Origin: an uncultured Gammaproteobacteria bacterium
Lineage (GTDB): Bacteria; Pseudomonadota; Gammaproteobacteria; JACCXJ01
Length of the DNA: 64,000 nt
Assembly (NCBI GenBank): GCA_963764725.1
Contig: CAVXTM010000016.1
Span: 320,001 to 384,000 of the forward strand
Direction of reading: 5' to 3'
A model generated the notes under the pieces. It searched no databases. It worked only from the letters and a program-made list of their open reading frames with translations, and was not told where the DNA came from. Both the position numbers and the translations under genes were made by a program. Positions within the stretch are counted from its first letter, which is position 1. The number at the start of each line of letters is the position of its first letter. This document shows, in pieces, positions 10,202-19,639 of this stretch.

Positions 10202-10467
10202 GCCGGTCATCCCGCTGCACACCTCCTCGTACGCCGGTTTCGGCGTGGAACCGCCGGCGTAACCCACCGCCGTCGAGTAGACGCCGCTAGTTTGCCAGTA
10301 TTTTCGTTCCGCGCCCCAAAAGCATCCGAGTCCGAACAAAGCCCGCTCCAACCCCGCCGGAAAAGGTGGTTCTAACCGGCGTCCATTCACGAAATGAGTG
10401 GCCACCACCACCCGCGCCGCACGCCCTACAACACCTCGTGGGGGATGCTCGTGTGCCTGCCGAACAT
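10202..10467 (-). pseudogene. msrA: Truncated peptide-methionine (S)-S-oxide reductase
   Basis: GCFWGAE and [16 protein letters not shown] motifs; breaks off at TG|H; 5' part carries a stop codon. Confidence 0.88.
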
Positions 10468-10486
10468 GCCCTACCCCTTGAGTAAA

Positions 10487-10515
10487 TTCGCCTTTAATGC
10501 GTGTCTCATTATAAT
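10487..10515 (+). promoter_or_regulatory. Candidate sigma70 promoter for ettA
   Basis: TTCGCC - 17 nt - TATAAT, 36 nt upstream of ATG 10552. Confidence 0.45.
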
Positions 10516-10551
10516 TGGCCGCTTTTAATCAGTCTCGGGAATTGCTGCGCC

Positions 10552-12225
10552 ATGCCTCAATACGTTTATACCATGAATCGCGTCGGCAAGGTGGTTCCGC
10601 ACAAGCGGGTGATTCTACGCGATATCTCGTTATGTTTCTTCCCGGGGGCCAAAATCGGTGTGCTGGGACTCAACGGGGCCGGAAAATCGTCCTTATTGCG
10701 CATCATGGCCGGTATGGATAAGGACTATGACGGGGAAGCGATCCCGCAACCGGGGATCGCCATCGGTTTCCTTTCCCAGGAACCGCGGCTCGATCCCGGC
10801 AAGGACGTGCGCGGCAATGTGGAAGAGGCCATTGCGGGGAGCAAAGCGCTCCTCGACCGTTTCAATGCAATCTCGATGCGTTTCGCCGACCCGATGAGCG
10901 ATGAGGAGATGAACCGGCTGCTCGAGGAGCAGGCCACACTGCAAGAGGCGATCGACACGGCCGGCGCATGGGAGCTCGAACGCACACTTGAGATCGCCGC
11001 CGATGCGCTCAGGCTGCCGTCTTGGGACGCCGATGTGAGTCAGCTCTCCGGCGGGGAACGGCGCCGCGTCGCGCTTTGCCGGCTGCTGCTCTCACAGCCC
11101 GACATGCTGCTCCTGGATGAGCCCACCAACCATCTGGACGCAGAGTCCGTGGCCTGGCTCGAACGCTACCTTGCCGGCTATCCGGGAACGGTGATCGCGG
11201 TGACCCATGACCGTTACTTTCTGGACAATGTCGCCGGTTGGATCTTGGAGCTCGACCGGGGTTATGGGATCCCCTGGCAAGGGAACTATTCCTCGTGGCT
11301 GGAACAGAAACAGCAGCGGCTCGAACGCGAAGAGAAACAAGCGGAGGGCCGCCGCAAGGCCATGCTGCTCGAGCTAGAATGGGTGCGGACTAACCCAAAA
11401 GGACGGCACGCGAAAAGCAAGGCGCGGCTGCAACGCTTTCAGGAGCTTGCCTCACAGGAGTATCAGCACCGCAACGAGACCAACGAGATCTATATCCCGC
11501 CGGGTCCACGGCTCGGGGATTTAGTGATCGAGGTCTCGCATTTGCGCAAGGCCTACGGGGATCGGCTGCTCATCGATGATCTGAGCTTTAAATTGCCCCC
11601 CGGAGGTATCGTCGGCGTTATCGGCCCGAATGGGGCCGGCAAGACGACCTTATTTCGGATGCTGACCGGGCAGGAAGCGCTCGATGCGGGCGAGATCCGC
11701 ACAGGTGAGTCCGTGGTGCTCGCCTGTGTCGACCAGAGCCGCGATGCGTTGGCTGCCGAAAAAACCGTGTGGGAGGAGATCTCCGATGGACAGGACCTCC
11801 TACACGTGGGTAGCTACGAATGTCAGTCGCGATCGTACGTGGCCAGGTTCAATTTCAAGGGGGCGGATCAGCAAAAGCGGGTAGGAACGCTCTCCGGGGG
11901 CGAACGCAATCGCGTCCATCTCGCCAAAGTCCTGCGCCAGGGCGCGAATGTGTTACTCCTCGATGAACCGACCAACGACCTCGATGTCGAGACGCTCCGG
12001 GCCTTAGAGCAGGCGTTGCTGAATTTTCCGGGCTGCGCGGTGGTGATCTCGCACGATCGTTGGTTCTTGGACCGCGTGGCCACGCATATCCTGGCTTTCG
12101 AGGGCGACAGCCAGGTAATGTGGTTTGAAGGCAACTATGCCGGTTATGAAGCGGACCGGCATCGCCGGCTCGGCGGCGATGCGGATCAGCCCCATCGCGT
12201 CCATTATAAACCTCTCAAAGCGTAG
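10552..12225 (+). CDS. ettA: Energy-dependent translational throttle protein (ABC-F)
   Basis: [11 protein letters not shown] start, two ABC cassettes ([29 protein letters not shown]), PtIM linker ELEWVR..PKGR.AKSKAR. Confidence 0.96.
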   Translation: MPQYVYTMNRVGKVVPHKRVILRDISLCFFPGAKIGVLGLNGAGKSSLLRIMAGMDKDYDGEAIPQPGIAIGFLSQEPRLDPGKDVRGNVEEAIAGSKALLDRFNAISMRFADPMSDEEMNRLLEEQATLQEAIDTAGAWELERTLEIAADALRLPSWDADVSQLSGGERRRVALCRLLLSQPDMLLLDEPTNHLDAESVAWLERYLAGYPGTVIAVTHDRYFLDNVAGWILELDRGYGIPWQGNYSSWLEQKQQRLEREEKQAEGRRKAMLLELEWVRTNPKGRHAKSKARLQRFQELASQEYQHRNETNEIYIPPGPRLGDLVIEVSHLRKAYGDRLLIDDLSFKLPPGGIVGVIGPNGAGKTTLFRMLTGQEALDAGEIRTGESVVLACVDQSRDALAAEKTVWEEISDGQDLLHVGSYECQSRSYVARFNFKGADQQKRVGTLSGGERNRVHLAKVLRQGANVLLLDEPTNDLDVETLRALEQALLNFPGCAVVISHDRWFLDRVATHILAFEGDSQVMWFEGNYAGYEADRHRRLGGDADQPHRVHYKPLKA

Positions 12226-12236
12226 ACCTCGGCGGG

Positions 12237-13271
12237 TCAGATCCCCAGCGCCCGGATCTGTGCGACGATCTGCTTGTGAAACCGCGGCGCGGCGCAAACG
12301 ATGCCGCGGTTGGCCGTAAGGCCCATCCCTTGTGAGAAGTCGAGGGGTTTGTTGTCGATGTCGGTGACGATTACGCCAGCCTCAACGGCGATTAACATCC
12401 CCGCGGCGTGATCCCAGATGTTTTCAACGTAATCGCCGCGCGTCGGCAAACGCAGATAGGCATCGGCTTGTCCGCGGGCGACGACGCCATATTTGCACTG
12501 GCTATCCAGCCGCGCGGCCGCGCCCCCGCCGCCGAGCGCGGCGATCACTCGCGCCGCGTCTCCCTGATTGGAATGCCCTGATTCGACCGATTCGCACACC
12601 CGCATTGGTCCTTGGTAGGCATTGGCCTCGAGGCGTTGGGGGGGTGCGTGAGCGGCGCTCGCCGGACGCACGAAGCAACCGCCGCCCGCGATGGCCGAGA
12701 AGATAAGGCCGCTCGGATCAGGTTGATCGAAGGGTCGGTCGAAATCGGCCGAGAGATTCGGGCATCCCATCACGCCCACCACCACTTTGCCGGCTTCGAT
12801 GTAGGCGAGGGAGACGGCGTATTGCCCGCGGCGTAGGAAGCCCTTGGTGCCGTCGATGGGGTCCACGGTCCAGTACGCCGAGGCAGTGGCATCGTGGTTG
12901 CCGAGATCGATGGCCGCGAGCACATCACTCTCGTGCGCCTCCGGCCACACCTCATGTACCGCGTGAATCACGGCGGCGCGCATCTCCGCGTCCGATCGCA
13001 ATAGCCCGCTGCTCTCTTCACCCACCAGGAGCGTATCCGGCAACGACTCCACCAGCCGCTGCGCCACGATCGACTGCACCGCGAAATCGGCTACCGTGAC
13101 AGGGCTCTTATCGCTCTTTAGGATCCTGCGCGTGGTTTCCAGCCGCGCTTGTATACTCCGGGCTACCCGGCACGCATCCCCGACGGCGGTGAGGCTGACT
13201 GAGAGGAGACGATTCAGGTCGCTCAAGGGGAGGGTGGTCGATGATCTCGTAGGAAGCACGGAGCGAAGCAT
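12237..13271 (-). CDS. 3'(2'),5'-bisphosphate nucleotidase, HAL2-like (inositol monophosphatase superfamily)
   Basis: KSDKSPVTVADF, GEE, DPIDGTKGFLR, ESVESGHS, DSQCKY, ENIWDHAAG; start uncertain. Confidence 0.88.
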   Translation of the reverse strand: MLRSVLPTRSSTTLPLSDLNRLLSVSLTAVGDACRVARSIQARLETTRRILKSDKSPVTVADFAVQSIVAQRLVESLPDTLLVGEESSGLLRSDAEMRAAVIHAVHEVWPEAHESDVLAAIDLGNHDATASAYWTVDPIDGTKGFLRRGQYAVSLAYIEAGKVVVGVMGCPNLSADFDRPFDQPDPSGLIFSAIAGGGCFVRPASAAHAPPQRLEANAYQGPMRVCESVESGHSNQGDAARVIAALGGGGAAARLDSQCKYGVVARGQADAYLRLPTRGDYVENIWDHAAGMLIAVEAGVIVTDIDNKPLDFSQGMGLTANRGIVCAAPRFHKQIVAQIRALGI

Positions 13272-13470
13272 AGTCCTCAATTCCTTAATAAAAAAATAAT
13301 CCGGCGGATGCGTGACGCTGAGCTTCCCCCGATGAGGAGTGCTCCACGGCGCGTCTCACATGAGCTTGAAAGATGTTACTGATCAAATCACGGATGCAAG
13401 AATCGCGTCAATCCTGAACACCCGGCTTTCTCGGCGCCAAGTCGTGGCCGCGGGCCTTCCCAAGAACCCC

Positions 13471-14409
13471 TTACGGCGCCTTTTCCAACCCCAGAAACGT
13501 ATTCAAGGTGTCGGTATTCTCCACGTTGTAGACCGTGGCATGCGTGGCGATCTCCCGCATCAGACCTTTCAACACCTTTCGAGGCCCCACCTCTACGAAG
13601 TTTGTGAGTCCGTCGTCGATAAGCCTTCTCATCGATGCGCTCCAGAGGACCGGCGCGGACACCTGCCGCTCGAGCGCCTCCCGGATCTCCTCAGGGGCCG
13701 AGACCCGCCCGGCGGTCGCGTTTGCCACCACCGGTAGTTCCGCCTTTTTGATTTCAGCGTCCGCGAGAGCTGCTCTCATCCTTCCACCGGCTGCGGCCAT
13801 GAACTTGCTGTGCCATGCACCGCTCACCTTGAGGGGGATAACCATTCGCGCCCCGGCTTTCTTCAAAAGCTCCACCGCCCTTTCGATCCCGCTAGCCTCG
13901 CCGGTGAGTATGGTCTGGAGAGGGGAGTTGAAATTCGCCGGGGCGACGTAGCCTGCCGTGAGTGCCTCCTCGCAGATCATGGTCACCTTCTCGGCCCCCA
14001 ACCCGATGACTGCCACCATGCCCCCAGGGTTTTTCTCGGCCGCTTCCTGCATGAAAAGCGCTCTTTTTCTTACCAGATCCATCATGGTCCCGAAGGTCAT
14101 CGCTCCCGCCGCGTATAAAGCCGTGTATTCACCCAGACTATGGCCTGCCAGCGCATGCGGCTCTATGCCTTGCTGCTTCAGAACGCATAGGCATGCGGCG
14201 TTCACCAAAGCAACCGCGGGCTGGGCCATCTCGGTACGCTTCAGCACCTCGTCAGGGCCGTTGAAGCAGAGATCTGTCATGTGCATCGCCGTGGTTTCCG
14301 ACGCCTCCTCGAACAAGGCTCGCACTTCCGGATGGTGCTCATAAAGATCCCTGCCCATGCCAGTGTATTGGGATCCCTGTCCGGGGAACAGAAAAGCTAT
14401 CTTGTTCAT
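13471..14409 (-). CDS. fabD: Malonyl-CoA:ACP transacylase
   Basis: FLFPGQGSQ, GHSLGEY nucleophile, VSGAWHS, EVGP; true start ATG 14409. Confidence 0.93.
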   Translation of the reverse strand: MNKIAFLFPGQGSQYTGMGRDLYEHHPEVRALFEEASETTAMHMTDLCFNGPDEVLKRTEMAQPAVALVNAACLCVLKQQGIEPHALAGHSLGEYTALYAAGAMTFGTMMDLVRKRALFMQEAAEKNPGGMVAVIGLGAEKVTMICEEALTAGYVAPANFNSPLQTILTGEASGIERAVELLKKAGARMVIPLKVSGAWHSKFMAAAGGRMRAALADAEIKKAELPVVANATAGRVSAPEEIREALERQVSAPVLWSASMRRLIDDGLTNFVEVGPRKVLKGLMREIATHATVYNVENTDTLNTFLGLEKAP

Positions 14410-14462
14410 CACGTGTTGGTCGTAAACGAGATCCTGTGGCCCATGGCCGCCGGCCCAAGCTC

Positions 14463-15752
14463 TCACAGCAGGATCTCCCGGATATCGCAGAGCACCTCGC
14501 TCAAATACCGGCAAAACTCCGCGGCGGCGACACCGTCGATCACGCGATGATCGTATGAGAGCGACAGCGGCAAGGTAAGCCGCGGTATGAAGCTCCCATC
14601 GCGGTACACCGGTTTCATCGTTGCGCGCGATACTCCCAAAATCGCAACTTCGGGGAAGCTCACGAGCGGGGTAAAGCCGGTACCGCCCATGGCGCCTAAG
14701 CTCGAGATGGTAAAGCAACCGCCTTGTAGCTCGCGCAAGTCGAGTTTTCCCTCACGCGCCCGCGCGCCGAGACCCTGAAGCTCTCCCGCCAATTGCAACA
14801 GACCCTTCTGATCGGCATCGCGTACGACGGGCACAAGTAAGCCCTGCTCGGTGTTGACCGCCATGCCGATGTGAAAGTATTTCTTAAGGACCAGCGCTTC
14901 GCCATCGGTCGTGAGCGAGGCATTGAATTCGGGGAAGCGCTTGAGCGCGGCTACCGCGGCTTTCACCAGGAAGGCAAGATAGGTCAACTTGATATTTTGC
15001 TTGGCGGCTTCCTGCAGCTTCGAGCGGCGAAACTCCTCAAGATCCGTGATATCCGCCTCATCGAATTGCGTGACCTGCGGGACGGTGATCCAACTGCGTT
15101 GCAGGGTTTGTCCCGTGCTGCGCTTGACCTTCGACAGCGGCCGCAATTCCGTCTTGCCGTATCTAGAAAAATCCACAGCCGTGACCGCCGGCATCACACC
15201 GGCCGCTCCGTCCAAGTGAGCGCCGGAGAGCGCCTTGCGGGTAAAGGCTTTAACATCTTCTTTCAGGATCCGGCCCTTGGGACCGCTGCCTTGGACGAGC
15301 CCAAGATCGACGCCCAGCTCGCGCGCGGCCCGCCGCACCGAGGGACTGGCATGGGAGCGGGCCGAACGGCTCCCGCGGACCATCTCCGCACCTTGCGGAA
15401 GCCCGGCCGGCGGTACCCGCGTTGCGGCGGCAGGGCGTGGATCTTCCTTGGGCGTCGGGCGTGAGGCCACTGGCGCCGGGGCATCCACGATGTCCGCGAC
15501 CGGAGCATCGTCCGCCGGACTCAATACCAGGATTGCCGATCCCTCCGATACCTTTTCACCGACTTTGACGCGGATGTCTTTAACGATCCCGGCATAGGGA
15601 GAGGGGACCTCCATGGCCGCCTTATCGCTCTCTACGGTGATGAGCGGCGTCTCCACCTGGATTGTATCGCCCGGTTTGACCAGAATTTCGATGACATCGA
15701 TATCTTTGAAGTCACCGATGTCGGGCACGAGGACTTCGCGTTCAGCCGTCAT
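14463..15752 (-). CDS. aceF: Pyruvate dehydrogenase E2 (one lipoyl domain)
   Basis: [11 protein letters not shown] lipoyl site, [10 protein letters not shown] subunit-binding domain, DHRVIDG catalytic motif. Confidence 0.95.
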   Translation of the reverse strand: MTAEREVLVPDIGDFKDIDVIEILVKPGDTIQVETPLITVESDKAAMEVPSPYAGIVKDIRVKVGEKVSEGSAILVLSPADDAPVADIVDAPAPVASRPTPKEDPRPAAATRVPPAGLPQGAEMVRGSRSARSHASPSVRRAARELGVDLGLVQGSGPKGRILKEDVKAFTRKALSGAHLDGAAGVMPAVTAVDFSRYGKTELRPLSKVKRSTGQTLQRSWITVPQVTQFDEADITDLEEFRRSKLQEAAKQNIKLTYLAFLVKAAVAALKRFPEFNASLTTDGEALVLKKYFHIGMAVNTEQGLLVPVVRDADQKGLLQLAGELQGLGARAREGKLDLRELQGGCFTISSLGAMGGTGFTPLVSFPEVAILGVSRATMKPVYRDGSFIPRLTLPLSLSYDHRVIDGVAAAEFCRYLSEVLCDIREILL

Positions 15753-15873
15753 GGATCCCAATGTACCCGATCGGCGCGCGGCTGTTAATGCGGCCGAGTT
15801 GAAATGATTGGCTTCTTGGCAAAATCTATGGGTATTCCGTTATCGCCCTTTCCCACCGGGAGAGCAACCGTGT

Positions 15874-15903
15874 TTGACAGCTAAATAGGTTCAGTCGTAT
15901 CTT
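15874..15903 (+). promoter_or_regulatory. Candidate sigma70 promoter for the hydrolase/META pair
   Basis: TTGACA - 18 nt - TATCTT in an AT-rich intergenic patch. Confidence 0.45.
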
Positions 15904-15984
15904 CCCTTTAGAAATAAGGGGTTTTGAAAATTCGTAGCGCGGCCTCTGGCCGCAACCAAATGGCAGGCGAAACTTCTTTGCCAA

Positions 15985-17922
15985 ATGCAGGCTGAAAAAT
16001 CTCCGCTAGCCCTTCTTTTTCAAAGCGGGGGACCTACGCCACGTCCCCTCTTACCAAGGGGGGACCGCAGGGGGGCTACCGTCGTCGCACTACTGCTCGT
16101 CTGCACCATCCTCTCCGCCTGCGCCGCCCCCGTCGGCGTGACGCGGATGGGTGCCCAAGACGTCAACCGCTCTCTGACCAGTAGTGTCGTGTCGAGCGGC
16201 GATCTCAGCGGCCCGACGCAGATCGCTCTGCGGCGCCACGATCTCACCGAGAGATTCGACGACGACCCGGAGGCAGCAATGCGCGCGCTGCACGCCGAGG
16301 TAGCAACCGGCGAGCTCGATCCGGGCGAGGCCTACGCCCTGGCAGAACTGTCCTACTACCATGCCGAAGCGACCGAGCAACGTCCTTACTATTTCGCCGC
16401 TGCCGCCTACGCCTACGCGTTCCTTTTCCCCGAACGCGAAGAGGATCAGGTCGACCGCATCGATCCGCGCGTACGCGTCGCCTGCGACATCTACAACATG
16501 GCCATCGCCCGTGCCTTCGCATCGGAGGACGGCGATCACGTCGAACTGCGCGGCGGGCACTTCCCGCTGCCGTTCGGCACGTTGACCGTAGCCTTCGATC
16601 CCGCCGACCTGATCTGGGGCAAGCGCAAACTGGTCGATCTCATACCTTCGGCCGAACTCGCCGTACGCGGACTGCAGAACCGCTACCGCCGCGGCGGCGT
16701 CGGCGCGCCGCTGGCGGCGCGCACCGAACCGATCGATCCGAGTCAACCGCTCGCCGACTTCATCGCGCCCGGCGTGCGCGTGCCGGGAACCGCCGTCCTG
16801 CGCTTCGAACCCCCACTGCTGCGGGGTTCCGAGCTAAACGCAACGCTCGATCTGTACACCGAAATCGAGACCGACACCGTGACCCTGGGCGGACAGGTGG
16901 TGCCGCTCGAATCGGAACCCAGCGCGGCGTTGGCAATGGCGCTGGCCGAATCGCAATTCTGGAAGCTGGAGCTGCAAGGCCTGCTCGGCAAGATGCTAAA
17001 CGTCTCGCGCGACAGCCGGCTGTTCGCGCGGTCACCGCATCGGCCCGGACGGATCCCGGTCGTCTTCGTCCACGGCACCGGCTCGAGCCCGGCGCGCTGG
17101 GCTGACATGGTCAACGACCTCAGCTCCGACACGGAGATCAGCAAGCGCTTCGAGTTCTGGTTCTTCACCTATGACTCCGGCAACCCCATCCCCTATTCGG
17201 CGATGATCCTGCGCCGATCGCTGCAGGACGCGGTGAAGAATCTCGACCCGAGCGGAACCGACAAGTGTCTGCGCGACATGGTCGTCATCGGGCACAGCCA
17301 GGGAGGGTTGTTGACGAAGATGACCGCCATCGATTCCGGCGACAAGTTCTGGGAGAACATCAACTCCAAGCCGTTCGATGAGGTGAATCTCTCCGACGCG
17401 ACGCGCAGTATCGTGCGCGACGCGCTGTTCATCGAGCCCCTCCCCTTCGTCAAACGCGTCATCTTCGTCGCCACGCCGCACCGCGGCAGCTACCTCGCCG
17501 GGCCGCAGATCATTCTCCGCCTTGCGGAACGGCTCATCAGCCTGCCGGGGGACGTCCTCGAGCTCGGCGCCGAGCTGATTCGGGTGAACGACGCGAGCGA
17601 CTCGTACCTCACGCTCGAACGCATCCCGACCAGCATCGACAACATGTCGCCGAACAACCGGTTTATCAAAACGATCTCGACCATCCCGATCGATCCCGGC
17701 ATCAAGGCGCACTCGATCATCCCGGTGGAAACCGACGGTTCGATCGAGGACGGCAACGACGGCGTCGTCGAGTACACGAGCGCAAATATCGAGGGCGTCG
17801 AGTCTGAGCTGGTGGTCCACTCGAATCACTCATGTCAGGCCAATCCGCATACCGTGGGAGAGGTCTGGCGGATTCTGCGCCTGCATGCCGAGGAGGCGTC
17901 ATGCAGTGCCGGTGCCCCGTGA
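15985..17922 (+). CDS. Alpha/beta-hydrolase (lipase/esterase-like) lipoprotein
   Basis: Lipobox LSAC, PVVFVHG, GHSQGG, ATPHRGS, DGVV, H.CQ; start codon uncertain. Confidence 0.82.
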   Translation: MQAEKSPLALLFQSGGPTPRPLLPRGDRRGATVVALLLVCTILSACAAPVGVTRMGAQDVNRSLTSSVVSSGDLSGPTQIALRRHDLTERFDDDPEAAMRALHAEVATGELDPGEAYALAELSYYHAEATEQRPYYFAAAAYAYAFLFPEREEDQVDRIDPRVRVACDIYNMAIARAFASEDGDHVELRGGHFPLPFGTLTVAFDPADLIWGKRKLVDLIPSAELAVRGLQNRYRRGGVGAPLAARTEPIDPSQPLADFIAPGVRVPGTAVLRFEPPLLRGSELNATLDLYTEIETDTVTLGGQVVPLESEPSAALAMALAESQFWKLELQGLLGKMLNVSRDSRLFARSPHRPGRIPVVFVHGTGSSPARWADMVNDLSSDTEISKRFEFWFFTYDSGNPIPYSAMILRRSLQDAVKNLDPSGTDKCLRDMVVIGHSQGGLLTKMTAIDSGDKFWENINSKPFDEVNLSDATRSIVRDALFIEPLPFVKRVIFVATPHRGSYLAGPQIILRLAERLISLPGDVLELGAELIRVNDASDSYLTLERIPTSIDNMSPNNRFIKTISTIPIDPGIKAHSIIPVETDGSIEDGNDGVVEYTSANIEGVESELVVHSNHSCQANPHTVGEVWRILRLHAEEASCSAGAP

Positions 17923-17928
17923 CTCCAC

Positions 17929-18732
17929 ATGAGAAGGTTGCTTTTTGCAATGGCTTTGGCGTCGCTGGCCGTTGTGTCGGGATGCACAGTGCCGAGCGAA
18001 GAAATGGCGAGCGAGAACGAACCTGCTGCAACGTCGCTACCGAAGGTCTACCAGGTGGATTCGGTCGCGATCAATCGGCCCGGGAAGCCTGGCCCTCTCA
18101 CGATATGTGTGGAGGCAACGGCCCAGACTCCGGGATACACGAATGTGAGGTTGGAGCCCGCCACCACTGCCACACCTCCTGACGGGATCTATGATCTGAA
18201 CCTGGTTGGGGACGCGCCCACCGAGTCTGTGCTCCAGGTACTTACGCCCATCACGGTGCGCCATTCCTGGCTAGATTTTCCGGCAGACTTGAAGGCCGTT
18301 CGCATCGTGGCTGCATCCAATGCGAGCATCGCCCGACTCGGCGAAGAGGCAAAAGGCTGTTCGCCCGATGCCGCCCGGCAGCCCGCAGGATCGAGCCAGA
18401 CCTTGATCGGCGGCACATGGCTCGCCGAGGACATCCGCGGAGGCGGCGTCATCGACAACGCCCAGTCCACCATCAGCTTCGCTCCAGAGGGAAGCGCTGC
18501 CGGCTCGGGCGGCTGCAACAGGTTCCGTGGACCGGCGAAGCTTGAAGGCACCACGGTTACGATTGGCCCACTCGCCGCCACCCGCATGGCCTGCGCCCCC
18601 GCCCTCATGGATCAGGAGCAGAAGTTCCTTGCCGCGCTCGAGGCCGCGAGGTCGTTTCGACTTGAGGGAACTCTCCTGAAGCTTCTCGACGAGGCCGGGA
18701 GTGAAATCATGAGCCTCACACGCCTGCCATAA
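17929..18732 (+). CDS. Lipoprotein with C-terminal META (HslJ-like) domain
   Basis: Lipobox VSGC; GSGGCNRF and LAATRMAC...QEQKFLAAL META motifs; extra N-terminal domain. Confidence 0.82.
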   Translation: MRRLLFAMALASLAVVSGCTVPSEEMASENEPAATSLPKVYQVDSVAINRPGKPGPLTICVEATAQTPGYTNVRLEPATTATPPDGIYDLNLVGDAPTESVLQVLTPITVRHSWLDFPADLKAVRIVAASNASIARLGEEAKGCSPDAARQPAGSSQTLIGGTWLAEDIRGGGVIDNAQSTISFAPEGSAAGSGGCNRFRGPAKLEGTTVTIGPLAATRMACAPALMDQEQKFLAALEAARSFRLEGTLLKLLDEAGSEIMSLTRLP

Positions 18733-18934
18733 TTGCTACAGCCGATTGAGGAGTGAATGCAGCGATGATGTACGGCGAATCGCCCCGATGAATATCCAAT
18801 GCGATCCTGTGTGGCCTGCACGGTTACCATGGCGCTTCGTGCGCGCCACTGCCTCACCTGGTCATGGAAATCCGAAGAGTCTACGTTACCGGCGCGAAAA
18901 AGCATGGCATTTTCCTTAAGGAGAGCTGCGTCGG

Positions 18935-19639
18935 ATGATTAGATTACATCAATTCAAACGCCAATGGGGGATTGCCAATCCCAGCCCCTTCTGCATGAAG
19001 GTCGAGACCTATTTGCGTATGACGGGGCTTGCGTACGAGGTCATCGAGGAAGGTTCTCCTTTAAACGCCCCCAAGAAGAAACTGCCTTACATAAACGACG
19101 GGGAGAAGGTGATCCCGGACTCGGGTTTCATCATCGACTACCTCAAGGTGAGCTACGGAAACCCCCTCGACGGCGGCCTGTCGCGCGCGCAGCAAGCCGA
19201 AGCACACCTGTTGCGGCGGTTATGCGAAGAAAGCCTGCTTTGGCCTGTCGTGTATTCGCGTTGGATCGACTCTAGCGGGTGGAGCGTCATCAAACCGGCC
19301 TTCTTTGGCGCCTTGCCTCCCGTGCTGCGGGAGGCCGTGCCCTGGCTCGCGCAACGGCGCGTCAAACGCATGCTGTGGCTGCAAGGCATGGGCCGTCACC
19401 GGCCCGAGGAGATCTATCGCCTGGGCATCGAGGATCTCGCGGCGATCGCCGCCTGCTTAGGAGACAAGTCCTTTTTCTTCGGCACGGCACCGACCTCGAT
19501 CGATGCCGCGGTCTATGCGACCCTCGCCAATATCATCGCTCCGCCGATCGCATCGCCTCTCAAAGACCATGCCTTATCTCAGGAGAATGTCATCGCCTAT
19601 TGCGAACGGATGCGTGAGCGCTACTACGGCGCAGTTTAG
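18935..19639 (+). CDS. Glutathione S-transferase family protein (metaxin/FAX-like)
   Basis: NPSPFCMKVETYLR, PKKKLPYI, DSGFII, FFFG..PT..DA. Confidence 0.88.
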   Translation: MIRLHQFKRQWGIANPSPFCMKVETYLRMTGLAYEVIEEGSPLNAPKKKLPYINDGEKVIPDSGFIIDYLKVSYGNPLDGGLSRAQQAEAHLLRRLCEESLLWPVVYSRWIDSSGWSVIKPAFFGALPPVLREAVPWLAQRRVKRMLWLQGMGRHRPEEIYRLGIEDLAAIAACLGDKSFFFGTAPTSIDAAVYATLANIIAPPIASPLKDHALSQENVIAYCERMRERYYGAV

